A DNA stretch of 62,933 bases, counting the filler, from an uncultured bacterium (GTDB lineage: Bacteria; B130-G9), in the NCBI GenBank assembly GCA_965372715.1. It is 4 parts of 4 records of this genome, joined end to end, with 100 filler letters (N's around TTAATTAATTAA, not from the genome) between each part and the next. Parts side by side here need not be neighbours in the genome. Positions count along the whole stretch, not along the records: positions 1 to 17,726 come from CBDVDH010000067.1; positions 17,827 to 33,842 come from CBDVDH010000069.1; 2 more parts are not named here. One strand, written 5' to 3'. Position numbers and translations under genes: made by a program. Shown here piece by piece: positions 10,012-20,183 of the stretch; position 1 is the stretch's first letter, and each line of letters starts with the position of its first letter. The notes under the pieces were generated by a model that worked only from the letters and a program-made list of their open reading frames with translations, ran no database searches and was not told the origin of the DNA.

Positions 10012-10428
10012 TTAGAAGGGCAAATCGTCGTCCGAAACGAGGTCTGTATTGGGCTTTTCAAAGCCTTGATCCTTGAAGGCGCCAGCCCCGCCCTCCGCCC
10101 TTGGAGAAGACAAGAACTGAACATTGGACGCAACAACCTTGAGCATCTTTCGCTTCTGACCCTCCTGCTCCCATTCGTCCATCCGCAGTTTGCCCTCAAC
10201 AAAGACCAGCTTCCCTTTCAAGAGGTGCTCTGCCTTTGCCTCGGCACGCTCGCCCCAAAAGGAGATCCGGTTGATGAACATCGTCTCATCAGTCCACCCC
10301 TCGCCTTCACGTTTGGGGGTGTTGATCGCGAGCGAAAACTGGCAAACGGGACGGTTCGACGTCGTGTATTTCAGCTCGGCATCGTGCGTGAGGCGCCCGA
10401 CCAAGAAAACTCTATTCAGATCCGCCAT
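10012..10428 (-). CDS. ssb: Single-stranded DNA-binding protein
   Basis: LNRVFLVGRL, KGKLVFVEGKL and acidic C-terminal DDDLPF. Confidence 0.98.
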   Translation of the reverse strand: MADLNRVFLVGRLTHDAELKYTTSNRPVCQFSLAINTPKREGEGWTDETMFINRISFWGERAEAKAEHLLKGKLVFVEGKLRMDEWEQEGQKRKMLKVVASNVQFLSSPRAEGGAGAFKDQGFEKPNTDLVSDDDLPF

Positions 10429-10445
10429 AGCAATGTCCTCTTTCC

Positions 10446-10793
10446 CTAGCTTGACGCTTCCTCTTCGGACTCGTCAAGTTCGACATCTTCCTCCAAGGCC
10501 TTCTCCGCTTCTTCGAGCCTAACGAAAAGGTGACGAAGAACCTCGTCCGTCAATTTGAGCTGCCGGTCAATCTCGTCTTTCGCAGAAGAGTCGCCGAAGA
10601 AACGCATGATGACGTAGTACGCTTCGTGAAACTTCTTCAGCTCATACGCAGTTCTTCTCATGCCCCATTCCTTAACCTCGGTCCGAATGCAGCCGAGGCG
10701 CTTGCCAAGCTCTTCGAAACGCTTAATCTGAGAGACCCTATTCTCTTCCGTGAGATTTGGCCTCAGAGCGTAAACTAGTTCATATGCTCTCAA
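10446..10793 (-). CDS. rpsF: 30S ribosomal protein S6
   Basis: MRAYELVYALRP, WGMRRTAY, VLRHL; TTG start overlapping the pth stop. Confidence 0.96.
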   Translation of the reverse strand: MRAYELVYALRPNLTEENRVSQIKRFEELGKRLGCIRTEVKEWGMRRTAYELKKFHEAYYVIMRFFGDSSAKDEIDRQLKLTDEVLRHLFVRLEEAEKALEEDVELDESEEEASS

Positions 10794-11428
10794 GTGAGCT
10801 TTCCTCTCTCTGTGGTTCTTTTGTTATGAATATTCATCGCGGCAACACCACCTTGTGTAGCAAAATCCACCACCGCTTTAGAGCATCTTCGCAGAACATC
10901 GCCCAGCAACTCAAGCTGCTCTTGAGCGAACGGAGACAGAACCCAGTCAACTCTCGACGCGCCACGCTGTGGATGGCCAATACCAACCCTCAGCCTGTAA
11001 AAGTCTGAGGCGCCGAGCCTCTCAATGATCGACACCAAGCCCTTGTGGCCTACGGAGCCGCCGCCAAACTTGAACTTATAACGCCCCACTTCTAACGCGA
11101 TATCGTCGTGCACGACCAGAACTTTGTCAACATCAATTTTAATCCGTTCAACAAGATACTTCACATAGGTCCCCGAGTTGTTGACATAAGTCCTGGGCTT
11201 CGCAAGCAGACCTGACTTAGCCTTCATCTCCCAGTTCCAGACATCTCCCCGCCAGAGCCGGCGAAATCGGCCGCCTTCGGCACTAGCTAGAGCGTCGAGA
11301 ACCATGAAGCCCACATTGTGCCGGGTCTGTGCATATTCACTGCCCGGGTTGCCGATACCGGCCACCAGGAAATCCTGTGCCCTTTTGGGGGGGCGCTTTC
11401 GCCTCAACGATGTCCAAAAGCCACTCAT
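10790..11428 (-). CDS. pth: Peptidyl-tRNA hydrolase
   Basis: GIGNPG..YAQTRHNVGF, KPRTYVN, VHDD, GHKGL, RLRVGIG; start placed at ATG 11428. Confidence 0.96.
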   Translation of the reverse strand: MSGFWTSLRRKRPPKRAQDFLVAGIGNPGSEYAQTRHNVGFMVLDALASAEGGRFRRLWRGDVWNWEMKAKSGLLAKPRTYVNNSGTYVKYLVERIKIDVDKVLVVHDDIALEVGRYKFKFGGGSVGHKGLVSIIERLGASDFYRLRVGIGHPQRGASRVDWVLSPFAQEQLELLGDVLRRCSKAVVDFATQGGVAAMNIHNKRTTERGKLT

Positions 11429-11438
11429 GGCTCGGCTG

Positions 11439-12065
11439 CTACTCGCTTGCTGTCTCTTCCGCTTCGGCCTCCTCGGCTTCCTCCTCAAGCTTTGCCACTT
11501 CCTCGCCCTTCTTGGCGAGAATGGTCACAACAGTCCTTTGAGGCTCCTCAGTTATCTCAATCGTATCCGGGACCAAAAGGTCTCTAATGTGAACGGAATC
11601 GCCAACCATAAGGGCGGCAACATCTACCTCTATCTGGTGAATGAGGTCCCTGGGAAGGCATCGGATCTTGGCAATCCTCATGTTGTGCTGGAGCATCCCG
11701 CCCATCTTGACGCCCTGTGCCGTGCCAACCAAGACAATCGGAACGTCAACCATGACCTTCGTGCCTTTGATGACTCTGAAAAAGTCGATGTGCAGCAGCC
11801 GCTCGCCTATGTGATCGAACTGCGCCTCCTTCACGAGAACATCCATCGACTTACCGTTGTCTATCCTCATGTCGATCAATTCCGTCTCGTAATCGGACAG
11901 CCGTAATATCGGCGCTAGATCGCCCGCTGTAACCGAGACCGGAACGGCCTCCATCTCACGACCATAGACGACGCCTGGGATCAGCCCTCTTCGGCGCATC
12001 TTTCTCGCGCCGCCCTTGCCTCGCCAGTCTCTGGACGAGGCGCTCAATTTCAGATTCTCTGCCAC
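11439..12065 (-). CDS. rplY: 50S ribosomal protein L25 / Ctc (long form)
   Basis: GKGGARKMRRRGLIPGVVYG, HIDF, GVKMGG; start placed at GTG 12065 after GGGAG. Confidence 0.96.
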   Translation of the reverse strand: MAENLKLSASSRDWRGKGGARKMRRRGLIPGVVYGREMEAVPVSVTAGDLAPILRLSDYETELIDMRIDNGKSMDVLVKEAQFDHIGERLLHIDFFRVIKGTKVMVDVPIVLVGTAQGVKMGGMLQHNMRIAKIRCLPRDLIHQIEVDVAALMVGDSVHIRDLLVPDTIEITEEPQRTVVTILAKKGEEVAKLEEEAEEAEAEETASE

Positions 12066-12087
12066 CTTATCACTCCCCAATAGTATC

Positions 12088-13032
12088 CTATTCAAACATC
12101 TCGCTTACCGAGAGAGACATACTTATTCTCTTGATCGCCTCACCTACGAGCGAGGCTATAGACAGAACAACAACCTTATTCTTTGAATCCCGCTTTTTGT
12201 CAACCGGGATTGTATCGGTCGTTATCACCTTTTCTATGGGTGATGTAGTCAGCCGCTCATGCGCCTCTCCGGAGAACACTGGATGCGCGCACGCCGCGAA
12301 TATGCGCCTCGCCCCAGCAGCTTGAAGCGCAACCGCGGAGTTGACGATTGTGCCGGCGGTATCGATCATGTCGTCCAGGAGAACCACATCGCGATGCAGA
12401 ACGTCGCCGATTATGTGACAGACCTCGGCCACATTCGGCGACGGCCGGCGCTTGTCAATTATTGCCAGCTCGCTGGTAAGCCTTTTGGCAAACTGTCTCG
12501 CGCGTTCAACGCCGCCTGCGTCCGGCGAGACGACGACCAGGTCCTTTGTGTCCAGACCCTGAATATAGCCTGCCAGAACCGGCGCGGCCAGTAAATGATC
12601 AAATGGAACATTGAAGAAGCCCTGTATCTGGCCAGCGTGCAGGTCAACAGACAAAACCCGGTCCGCGCCGCTTGCCGATAGAAGGTCAGCAACCAGCTTC
12701 GCGGAGATCGGCACGCGCGGCATTCGCTTTCTGTCCTGACGAGCGTAGCAATAGTAAGGCAATACCGCCGTAATTCGATCTGCCGAAGCCCGTTTCAAGG
12801 CGTCGATCATCAGCAGGAGCTCCATGAGGTGTTCGTTCACAGGTTGAGCCATCGACTGAACGACAAAAACGTCCCTGCCGCGAACGTTCTCGTTTATCTG
12901 AACCATCGTCTCGCCGTCGCTGAAACGACCTACATCCGCATCACCGAGCGGGATACCCAAGTACTCACAGATCATTTGGGCCAGGGGTCTATTGCCGTTT
13001 CCCGTGAATACCCTTAACTGATCCCCAATCAT
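12088..13032 (-). CDS. prs: Ribose-phosphate pyrophosphokinase
   Basis: FSDGE, YARQDR, DLHAGQIQGFF, VSPDAGG, DDMIDTAGT; ATG 13032 after GGAGG. Confidence 0.98.
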   Translation of the reverse strand: MIGDQLRVFTGNGNRPLAQMICEYLGIPLGDADVGRFSDGETMVQINENVRGRDVFVVQSMAQPVNEHLMELLLMIDALKRASADRITAVLPYYCYARQDRKRMPRVPISAKLVADLLSASGADRVLSVDLHAGQIQGFFNVPFDHLLAAPVLAGYIQGLDTKDLVVVSPDAGGVERARQFAKRLTSELAIIDKRRPSPNVAEVCHIIGDVLHRDVVLLDDMIDTAGTIVNSAVALQAAGARRIFAACAHPVFSGEAHERLTTSPIEKVITTDTIPVDKKRDSKNKVVVLSIASLVGEAIKRISMSLSVSEMFE

Positions 13033-13080
13033 AAGAAACCTCCAAAACAATGCTTGTCACACAAAGAACACACTGCGCTA

Positions 13081-13151
13081 CTGGGGCGGGAGGATTCGAA
13101 CCTCCGATGCAGGATCCAAAGTCCTGTGTCTTACCACTTGACGACGCCCCA
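13081..13151 (-). tRNA. tRNA-Gln(TTG), CCA not encoded
   Basis: TGGGGCG acceptor stem, CAGGA-CT-TTG-GA-TCCTG anticodon arm, GGTTCGAATCC; usual position upstream of prs. Confidence 0.96.
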
Positions 13152-13490
13152 ATCAATCGCGTCAGAAGCGCCGGTCGGAATCACGATTATAGATGCACCA
13201 CCTACTCCCTAATTGTCAAGTCGCATTCGGGAGGAGTTTCCCCGCCGCGGAAACAGAAGAAAAGGAAAAGCAGACTTTGCCGTAGTGCCTCCTTCGCCAC
13301 AGCGCTTGCGGCGGACAAGAGGGCGGAAATGGAGAGACCAATAGTAGCCAGAGAGGCTCGGTCCTGTGCCTGGCGAATCCGAGACAGCTAATCGCAGCGC
13401 CCTTTTCGTGGACAGACTCATGTGTGCCTGCACAACACGCGATCGTGCCGAGAGACGGACTCAAAGCCTCCGGACTTCAGGCGCTTCTAT

Positions 13491-15062
13491 TTAGGGCCTG
13501 TTCGGCCTCGCGGAGTATGCGCTTACCAATGAGGCCTCGATCGTGCCGCCTGGGTTACCGCCGCCGGGCACCGACTGGTTGTCTGACGTCATCAGCGTCC
13601 CATCCACGAGCGCCCAATCACCCACGACGAGGTCCCCAAAACCCGACGGACGGTCGTTGCGATAGATACTCGTGCTGCGCGTGATCGATACGACTATCCT
13701 ATTCTGCATGACGATGTTGGGACCCAGGGAATAGGCGCCCGAGAGGATAATCGTGCTCTCGTCGTGGTTGATCCGCTCGATAGTGCCCTCAACGAAGACC
13801 CATTCGACGCCCCCGAACGAGAAATCGACCGTCCAGGCGAGGAAAAACTCGCCGTCGCCGACATACTGCCAGCTTCCCGTGGCGACGGCCAAGTCGCCTA
13901 CTTGTATTTCCTCAAACTCGATGGGGCGCCCCATCCGTGTCAGCTCCGCATCGTCAGTTAGCTGCACAAATACTCGTTCAAACGGGTCCTCAGCGTCATA
14001 AACCATCTCGGAAAGCCAAAAGGCGCGCTGCTCAGGCATTATCTCATCGACGCTGCCCGATACGTACTCCGGCCACGAGGAATCCTTGACCTCGATTCGC
14101 TCAGCCGTAACCACGGGGCAGCACGTTCCGTGCACGTCCTCTTCCCAGCCTTCTACTAAGACGTAATCGCCGACTATTATGTCAGCAAGCGGAATCTCCT
14201 CATCTTCCTTCGTTATCAACGTGTCCTCGGTCACACGAACTAACCAGCATTCCCAGAAGCCGGGGGCCGTCTGATCTTCATACCAAACGCCGCTCTCAAC
14301 TTGTAGTAACCCATTGTCCACGAAGGTGACAAAGCCTTCGCACTCAATCGGCGGCCCGTGCTGGCTGTTCTTGTCAAACGTGAACGGTTCCGCCCAATCG
14401 CCTGGCCCGTCACCAAATATCGTTTGCACCCGCCAGCTGTATTCACCGTCCGGCAGCTCAGCGGCGAGGTGTGGCTCCACGGTGAGCGAGGTGAAGAAGA
14501 AGGGCAGCGAGACGGAGACCGCCTCCTCGTCCGGGAAGACAATCTCGAAGTTGTATCCCAACGCCTCAGGGACACTGCTCCACTTGAATGTGATCGGCAT
14601 GCCGCGGAAGATGGCCGACCGGTCCGGCGGGCTTAACAGCTCGGGCACACGCGGGTCGTGGTCTGTGATAGAGAGGATAAACGGCTCGGGCTCGCTGATC
14701 TCGCCGGCAGCGCTCACCGCCACGGCGGAAAGCACGTAGTGGCCAGGAAGGAGAATCCCCGGTATGTTAGGGACTGTCCAATCTCCTTCCCAAACGGTCA
14801 ACGTGTCCGTCCTATCGACCTCTTCAAGCGCCATGAGCGGGAAGAACTCATAAACGATCCAGACGCCTATGACGCTATCCGTAGATTGCGGAACAGCCAC
14901 CTCGGCCCAGAAAGTAACTGTGTCGCCATAGGTTACAAGATACGGGGTGGCGCCGCCTGCAATTACCTCCGGAACCTCCTGCGCGTTGGCCGAAAGCCCT
15001 AGTCCCAAAAGTAGCACAGCAAGCAGCAAAGTGATTTGGTTGGTCTTCTTCCTTGCGGTCAT
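13491..15062 (-). CDS. Secreted protein with Ig/FN3-like domains and three DUF5666-like OB-fold repeats
   Basis: Signal peptide (SANA-Q), TFKWS...YSWRVQ FN3-like segment, three repeats of GxVxx...VxxTxDTxI...IxVGDxVxVxG. Confidence 0.7.
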   Translation of the reverse strand: MTARKKTNQITLLLAVLLLGLGLSANAQEVPEVIAGGATPYLVTYGDTVTFWAEVAVPQSTDSVIGVWIVYEFFPLMALEEVDRTDTLTVWEGDWTVPNIPGILLPGHYVLSAVAVSAAGEISEPEPFILSITDHDPRVPELLSPPDRSAIFRGMPITFKWSSVPEALGYNFEIVFPDEEAVSVSLPFFFTSLTVEPHLAAELPDGEYSWRVQTIFGDGPGDWAEPFTFDKNSQHGPPIECEGFVTFVDNGLLQVESGVWYEDQTAPGFWECWLVRVTEDTLITKEDEEIPLADIIVGDYVLVEGWEEDVHGTCCPVVTAERIEVKDSSWPEYVSGSVDEIMPEQRAFWLSEMVYDAEDPFERVFVQLTDDAELTRMGRPIEFEEIQVGDLAVATGSWQYVGDGEFFLAWTVDFSFGGVEWVFVEGTIERINHDESTIILSGAYSLGPNIVMQNRIVVSITRSTSIYRNDRPSGFGDLVVGDWALVDGTLMTSDNQSVPGGGNPGGTIEASLVSAYSARPNRP

Positions 15063-15438
15063 TCCGGTTCCTCCACTGCGGTTGTGATTTACGAAACAAA
15101 TACGCCTGCGTGGTCGAGCTGACCGATGCCATGCTGAATGTCAAGGCGGTTTTTTGGACGAGGGGTCTCCGCTCGCGGTTTGTCGAGGCGCTATTTCTCA
15201 GTTAGCTCCAACACTCAATTCATCCTCACATACTCCCCCGCGACCTTCCGCACTATCGCAATCAACGGATCCCTCTTATCGTCTTATAGCGCAAAACCTA
15301 ACGGTCCAATGCCCGAGATGGCCTTACGCAAATCGCGGGCGGTCGGATTGATGTTGGGCCGACCCTGGTCTTCAAATCCATCACCCAAATGTCCGCCTTG
15401 CAGTTCGTTGCTCATAGGGAATTGCCCCGATTCTGCGC

Positions 15439-15466
15439 TTGACATCAGGTCGGCTTCGGCGATCAT
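15439..15466 (+). promoter_or_regulatory. Sigma-70-type promoter, probably giving a leaderless mRNA
   Basis: TTGACA-N16-GATCAT then 6 nt to ATG 15473; no Shine-Dalgarno; near-copy at 17613. Confidence 0.55.
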
Positions 15467-15472
15467 AGCGCC

Positions 15473-17476
15473 ATGAACCGAGGCAAACAGATGGCCTTTT
15501 GGGTCGGGATTTGTGTGTGCTTGGCGGTATTTGTCTGGCTTGCTGCGCGCGAGTCTGCCCTGTTGAAGCTGCCCGAAGACGACAGATTTATTGGGTTCAG
15601 GTATTCGCGGAACTTCGCCCGCGGGAATGGACTGGTTTACAACACCGGCGAGAGAGTAGAGGGCTACACGAGCTTCTTGTGGTTCTTTCTCGTTGGACTA
15701 TTGATCAAGGTCGGGTTTGATCCGGCCACACACTCCCAGCTGCTTTCGCTGGCGTTGGGCATCGCAACTATCATCGTTGTTGCAAGGACAGCACGCCATT
15801 GCGACTCTGAGCCAGACCGACTTCTCCCCCTTGCGCTGGTACCCCCGCTCTTGCTTGCCATTAGCGACAAGTTCGCCTACTGGGCCGGCTCGGGCTCGGG
15901 GATACCTATGTATGCACTTGCGATTCTGCTGGCCAGCAACGCAAGGCTCCGCGAGCTCAACAAGCCTCGCTGCTTCCCTGTCTCCAGCATACTGCTTGCG
16001 CTGGTCGCACTTATCAGGTTCGACGGCTTGCTTTTTTACGCCTTCTTCTTTGCCCACAGCGTTCTTCTCGCACTGATCGGACCGGCGCCCAGACCGAGCC
16101 TGCGCTCTTTTGTCACCGCCGAGGCCAGGAGGTTCTCAGTGTTCCTGCTTATCTATCTGCCCTACACCATTTGGCGCCTGGTCTATTACGGCGGTCTCCT
16201 GCCCAACACATTCTACGCCAAGACGCAGTTTGCTGATGGCTTGAGTGCTCAGCTCATTTATGGGGCTGCCTACACCTATGCCTTCTTCGCATCCACCGCC
16301 GGCATCTTCTTTCTTGTGGGTCTTTCTGCGCTGTTTAGCCGGGGTCTGAGGGCCTCGGCCTCTCTGCGCCTCACACTGATTGTTGGACAGACACTGTTCA
16401 TCGTTGCTGTCGGCGGCGATCACATGCGGTTTTCGAGGTTTTTCGTGCCCATCCTGCCATTGCTCTTCCTTTTCTTGGCGGACGGTGTAGAGGTCCTCGC
16501 GTCCTGGACATCAAAACTTAGACGACCTGCGGCGAGGGCGGCCACTGTATTCTTGGTGGCCGGGCTAGCCTGGGTGGTTGTGGATTTCGGGTTCGACTCG
16601 ATAAGCAGACAGGCCCGCGTCCCCGGTTTGGCATCTCCCGACCCCCGCAAATCCTCGGGAGTCTTAGGGGCTATCCTAAAAAAAGGCAGGGAGATTGATT
16701 CCCCGATGGCTCTGCAGATACCTGATCTCGAAATCCGCTTGAAGAGTTTCGGCCTATGGCTGCGCGAAAACGCACACCCCGACGCGTCGGTGTTCACTGC
16801 CGCCGCCGGAGTCATTGGCTACTACTCCCAATTATATACGGTAGATATGTGGGGCCTGACGGACGCGCACATCGCCCACCTTTCCGCCCAATCGCCGGAA
16901 AAGTTCTTTCCGGGCCATCTCAAATCCGACCTAGAATACGTCCTAGCCAAGCAGCCTACATACTTCTGCTTACCCAGGGGCATCTTCGGCTTCTCTGAAA
17001 TGACCAAAGAATACGGTCGCTTCTATGTTCCCTGTGAGCTCCCAACCGCCGAGGGCTCAAAGGTTCACGTCAGGGCGGAAGACCGTCTCATTGATCTGGG
17101 CCCAGGCGACAGCCCAGTGCACATTCGCCAGGGATGGGGACTCCCGTTGGTAGCGGAGGGCCAGGACTTCAGAACCATGGTCGCCCGAACAGCTGCCCTT
17201 ATCGTCTATCTCTACCAACCCCAAGAGAGAACCATCACCATCCGCGCAAAAGGAATAGGCCCACTTGCATCGGACTGGATCGCTCTGGAGGTGAACGGCA
17301 AATTCGCCGGCCGGGCAAACCTCTCAGATCAATTCCAGAACCTCGGATTTGTCTGCGACTCAGACCTCTTTAAGTTCGGCGTTAACCGCCTCGAACTCTC
17401 CGCTGGGCCGGCAGCGGGCTGTGCGGTTGACTGGTTGAGGACTGAAGAGCCCGTCCTCGTCGGGCCCAGGCCCTGA
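15473..17476 (+). CDS. GT-C fold membrane glycosyltransferase (AftB-like)
   Basis: EDDRFIGFRYSRN, GLVYNTGERVEGYTS, RFDG, LPNTFYAK, GGDHM, DMWGLTD motifs; multi-TM with soluble C-terminal domain. Confidence 0.82.
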   Translation: MNRGKQMAFWVGICVCLAVFVWLAARESALLKLPEDDRFIGFRYSRNFARGNGLVYNTGERVEGYTSFLWFFLVGLLIKVGFDPATHSQLLSLALGIATIIVVARTARHCDSEPDRLLPLALVPPLLLAISDKFAYWAGSGSGIPMYALAILLASNARLRELNKPRCFPVSSILLALVALIRFDGLLFYAFFFAHSVLLALIGPAPRPSLRSFVTAEARRFSVFLLIYLPYTIWRLVYYGGLLPNTFYAKTQFADGLSAQLIYGAAYTYAFFASTAGIFFLVGLSALFSRGLRASASLRLTLIVGQTLFIVAVGGDHMRFSRFFVPILPLLFLFLADGVEVLASWTSKLRRPAARAATVFLVAGLAWVVVDFGFDSISRQARVPGLASPDPRKSSGVLGAILKKGREIDSPMALQIPDLEIRLKSFGLWLRENAHPDASVFTAAAGVIGYYSQLYTVDMWGLTDAHIAHLSAQSPEKFFPGHLKSDLEYVLAKQPTYFCLPRGIFGFSEMTKEYGRFYVPCELPTAEGSKVHVRAEDRLIDLGPGDSPVHIRQGWGLPLVAEGQDFRTMVARTAALIVYLYQPQERTITIRAKGIGPLASDWIALEVNGKFAGRANLSDQFQNLGFVCDSDLFKFGVNRLELSAGPAAGCAVDWLRTEEPVLVGPRP

Positions 17477-17612
17477 AGAGGACCTCGGGAATGACCGGAC
17501 CGCTCATGCCTGGGTCCCGTCCCGAGACAACTGCGCGAGATACCAGAGTGTCTCGGCTACGATCCAACTTCCGCCCTCCTTTGTCCTTTGTGGAGTGTCT
17601 CCTATTCAACGC

Positions 17613-17640
17613 TTGACATTAGACGGGCTTTCGGCATCAT
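17613..17640 (+). promoter_or_regulatory. Sigma-70-type promoter, probably leaderless, for an ORF starting at 17648 and truncated by the contig end
   Basis: TTGACA-N16-CATCAT then 7 nt to ATG; similar to 15439-15480. Confidence 0.45.
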
Positions 17641-17726
17641 ACCCGCCATGAACCGATTCCGTAGGTTGCACCTACGGTTCGCCGCGCGGCGAATGGTCCC
17701 CCTTCGGGGAACCGAAACGCAGCATC

Positions 17727-17826
17727 NNNNNNNNNNNNNNNNNNNNNNNNNNNNNNNNNNNNNNNNNNNNTTAATTAATTAANNNNNNNNNNNNNNNNNN
17801 NNNNNNNNNNNNNNNNNNNNNNNNNN
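17727..17826. other. Artificial contig linker
   Basis: N44-TTAATTAATTAA-N44, stops in all six frames. Confidence 0.99.
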
Positions 17827-19833
17827 TGACGCCTGGCCCGCCTCGATCTTCTTCACCGCCCGGCCCACAGGACTTCCGTTCCTCTCTCGATACCATTCCA
17901 GCCAGGCGAACTGTGACGGCAAGCGGGTCGGCTGGGTGAACATGACGGAGATGAGGTCATACGCAACCGTGTCCAACGGGGTATCCTCCGTGTCCAGACA
18001 CCCGACGGTTCGCCGATTGATGTCGCAGGCGGCAAACCTCGCTCCCAACTCGTCGCGCGGACCGTTGAACGCAAAGGACAGGATGTCCGGCGGCGGCATC
18101 AGGTAAGAGGCCTGCCGCGCCCTAAGGAGCGCCTCGACGTCATCACGCCGAGTGATCTTTTCGTCGGCCTGCCCTATTACAACAAGCTCATCCAGCCTAG
18201 TGTCAGGGCATTCGGCGATCTTCTGAAGCACGTCTTCAATCAGAGCGAAGCGAAGCTCTCGGCCGGAGATGAGCGTTGCCAAAGCCCGAACACGGTCAAT
18301 AAAGACTGGCTCGCCCTCCTTGACGAATTCCGGCTTAGTCGCAACTACTGTGAGCGGCGCGGTTCGATCGGGCAACTGAGGGCCGAGTTTCACAGCATGA
18401 ACAGCAAAGTATTTAGGTTTTTTCGCGAGCGCGTTTTCTTCGGGCAACTGAGCGCCGAGACTCTCTACCGGGATCCTGCCCCTCCCGCCCAATCTACACG
18501 CCCAGGGGAAGTCCATCGCCAGACCGAAATTGCTGGCCGCGATGAGGGCCACCAGCATAAAGCCTACAACGCTTGAGGCCCGGAGCCGCCCTCTTCTCCA
18601 GGCATGTAATAGTAGAGCGAGTGCCAACGCAAGCCCTCCCAGCACGAATACGGAGCTCGGGCCGTCCTGCTTCACGAACGCGTAGAACGTGCCGCCCGCC
18701 AGTGCAACGAGTAACCCGATCTGAAGCGAAGCAATCCTGGGCCTGGGCCTCCCCTCGAACGTCTTTAGGACCAAGACCAGCATAAGCGCAAATGCGACGC
18801 TGGCGGGATAGCCATACCTCATCTGCGGTCCCTGGAGAAAGGCTGGACTCAGCAAGACCAAGGCTAGCAGAGCCAGAATCCGCGTTCTGGCCTGAAGCAC
18901 GCATAATAGAAAGAAAATCGCGCCAAGCGCCCCGAAGAAACCATATTCAACTGGACACCAAAGGATCGTCAACAAGCCATGGCCGGTCCTCAGCAAGAAG
19001 CTAGGCGTGATCTCTAGGGTGGGAGTCATAAAGGCCAGCGCGGACTTCAGCGTCATGTAGCCGGCAACCAGGACAACTGAGATCGCCGCTGCAATTAGAA
19101 TCCTTCTTTTCGCCCCTTCTGCAGGCCTCTCGAAGGGGAGGAACCAGATAAGCCCTAGTACAAGAGGCATGACCAGCGCAAACTCCTTGCTGGCTATGGC
19201 AAGGAGCATAGACAGAGATAGGGCAAACAGCGCGCCAATGCCGCCTTGACGCACGTACCTGACCGAAAACAGAACAGCTGATAGCATAAATGTCGTGCAG
19301 ATGGCGGTATCGTTGGCCGAAAGCCAGGCCACCGCCTCGAAGTTAAACCAAAAGACCGCAAACAGAAGCGAGGCGCACAGCGACCATACACGGTCAAGGC
19401 CTAGCAGTCTCCGCGCAACGACGGAAACGAGCACGGTGTTGATCAAGTGAACGAGGACGGCCACGGCGTGGTAATACTCGATTCGTGTCCCAAACACTGC
19501 GAATTTGAGAGCCCAGACATAATCAGCGAGAGGACGAAAGAACCTAGATTCCCCTGGACTCAGTCCCGGTCTTTCCCCTCTGAAGAAATAATTGACTAGA
19601 GTCTCGCCGAGCTCCTTGTGCCCGTAGGAGACGAAGTCATCGGTGAAAAGGTCGAACTCAAGAGACGGCAAATAAAGGCCGGCGAGCAATCCCAGTATCA
19701 AGAACCACAACCAGACGTAGCGAAACGTGGGCGTTCCCATTCTGTCCAAATCCGAAAGACCTGACCATTTCATCACTGACCCATCGGCAGCACTTGCGGA
19801 GTGCACGATCCAGTAACGATAGCAGCTGACCAC
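17827..19833 (-). CDS. GT-C-like multi-TM glycosyltransferase, 3' truncated at contig edge
   Basis: FTDDF acidic motif after TM1, FFRPL, YHAVAVLVHLIN, EAVAWLSA, ASKE; start uncertain. Confidence 0.75.
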
Positions 19834-19857
19834 TCTGAGTCAAGGCCAGTGGCTAGA

Positions 19858-20183
19858 CCCGAAAAATCAGATTGACGCCGGCGGCTCTGGCCTTTTGGAG
19901 TGCGGCGGCTTGACGCCGCTTTCATTGGTGGTGGCTTGACACCGCCCTCTCATAGATTGCCTTCTTGACCTTTCAGACGGTGGTCCGGAGGCCTGGACGC
20001 CAATCGACGTAGGGTCGATGCCGCGTCAAGCCGCGGCGAGCCAAAGCGGTGTCAAGCCACCGCACTCCGAAATCACCCAATGGGTGCAACTCACAGACCG
20101 ACTCCTGTCGAGCTCATAACCTCTGGGCAGCGAAAAAACGTGTTCATCCCTCCATGTCCTTTGCCGTCAATCTGATTATTAGG
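19858..20183. repeat. Composite GGAG-family REPIN/MITE-like element
   Basis: Inverted GGAGTGCGGCGGCTTGACGCCGCTTT ... AAAGCGGTGTCAAGCCACCGCACTCC with internal hairpins; right part recurs at 33943-34151, left part at about 49498-49596. Confidence 0.8.

Noticed and set aside
8179..13151. tRNA-Gln-prs-rplY-pth-rpsF-ssb-rpsR-DUF2232-rplI cluster
   Set aside because: Widely conserved housekeeping gene order, not novel
13447..13486. GGACTCAAAGCCTCCGG resembling a c-di-GMP-I riboswitch core
   Set aside because: Lacks the GGCAAA/GNRA P2 arm and has no downstream gene on that strand; more likely a hairpin after the 13491 stop
15335..15410. CTTCAAA loop suggesting tRNA-Sec
   Set aside because: Anticodon stem is mismatched, with no proper T-arm or acceptor stem
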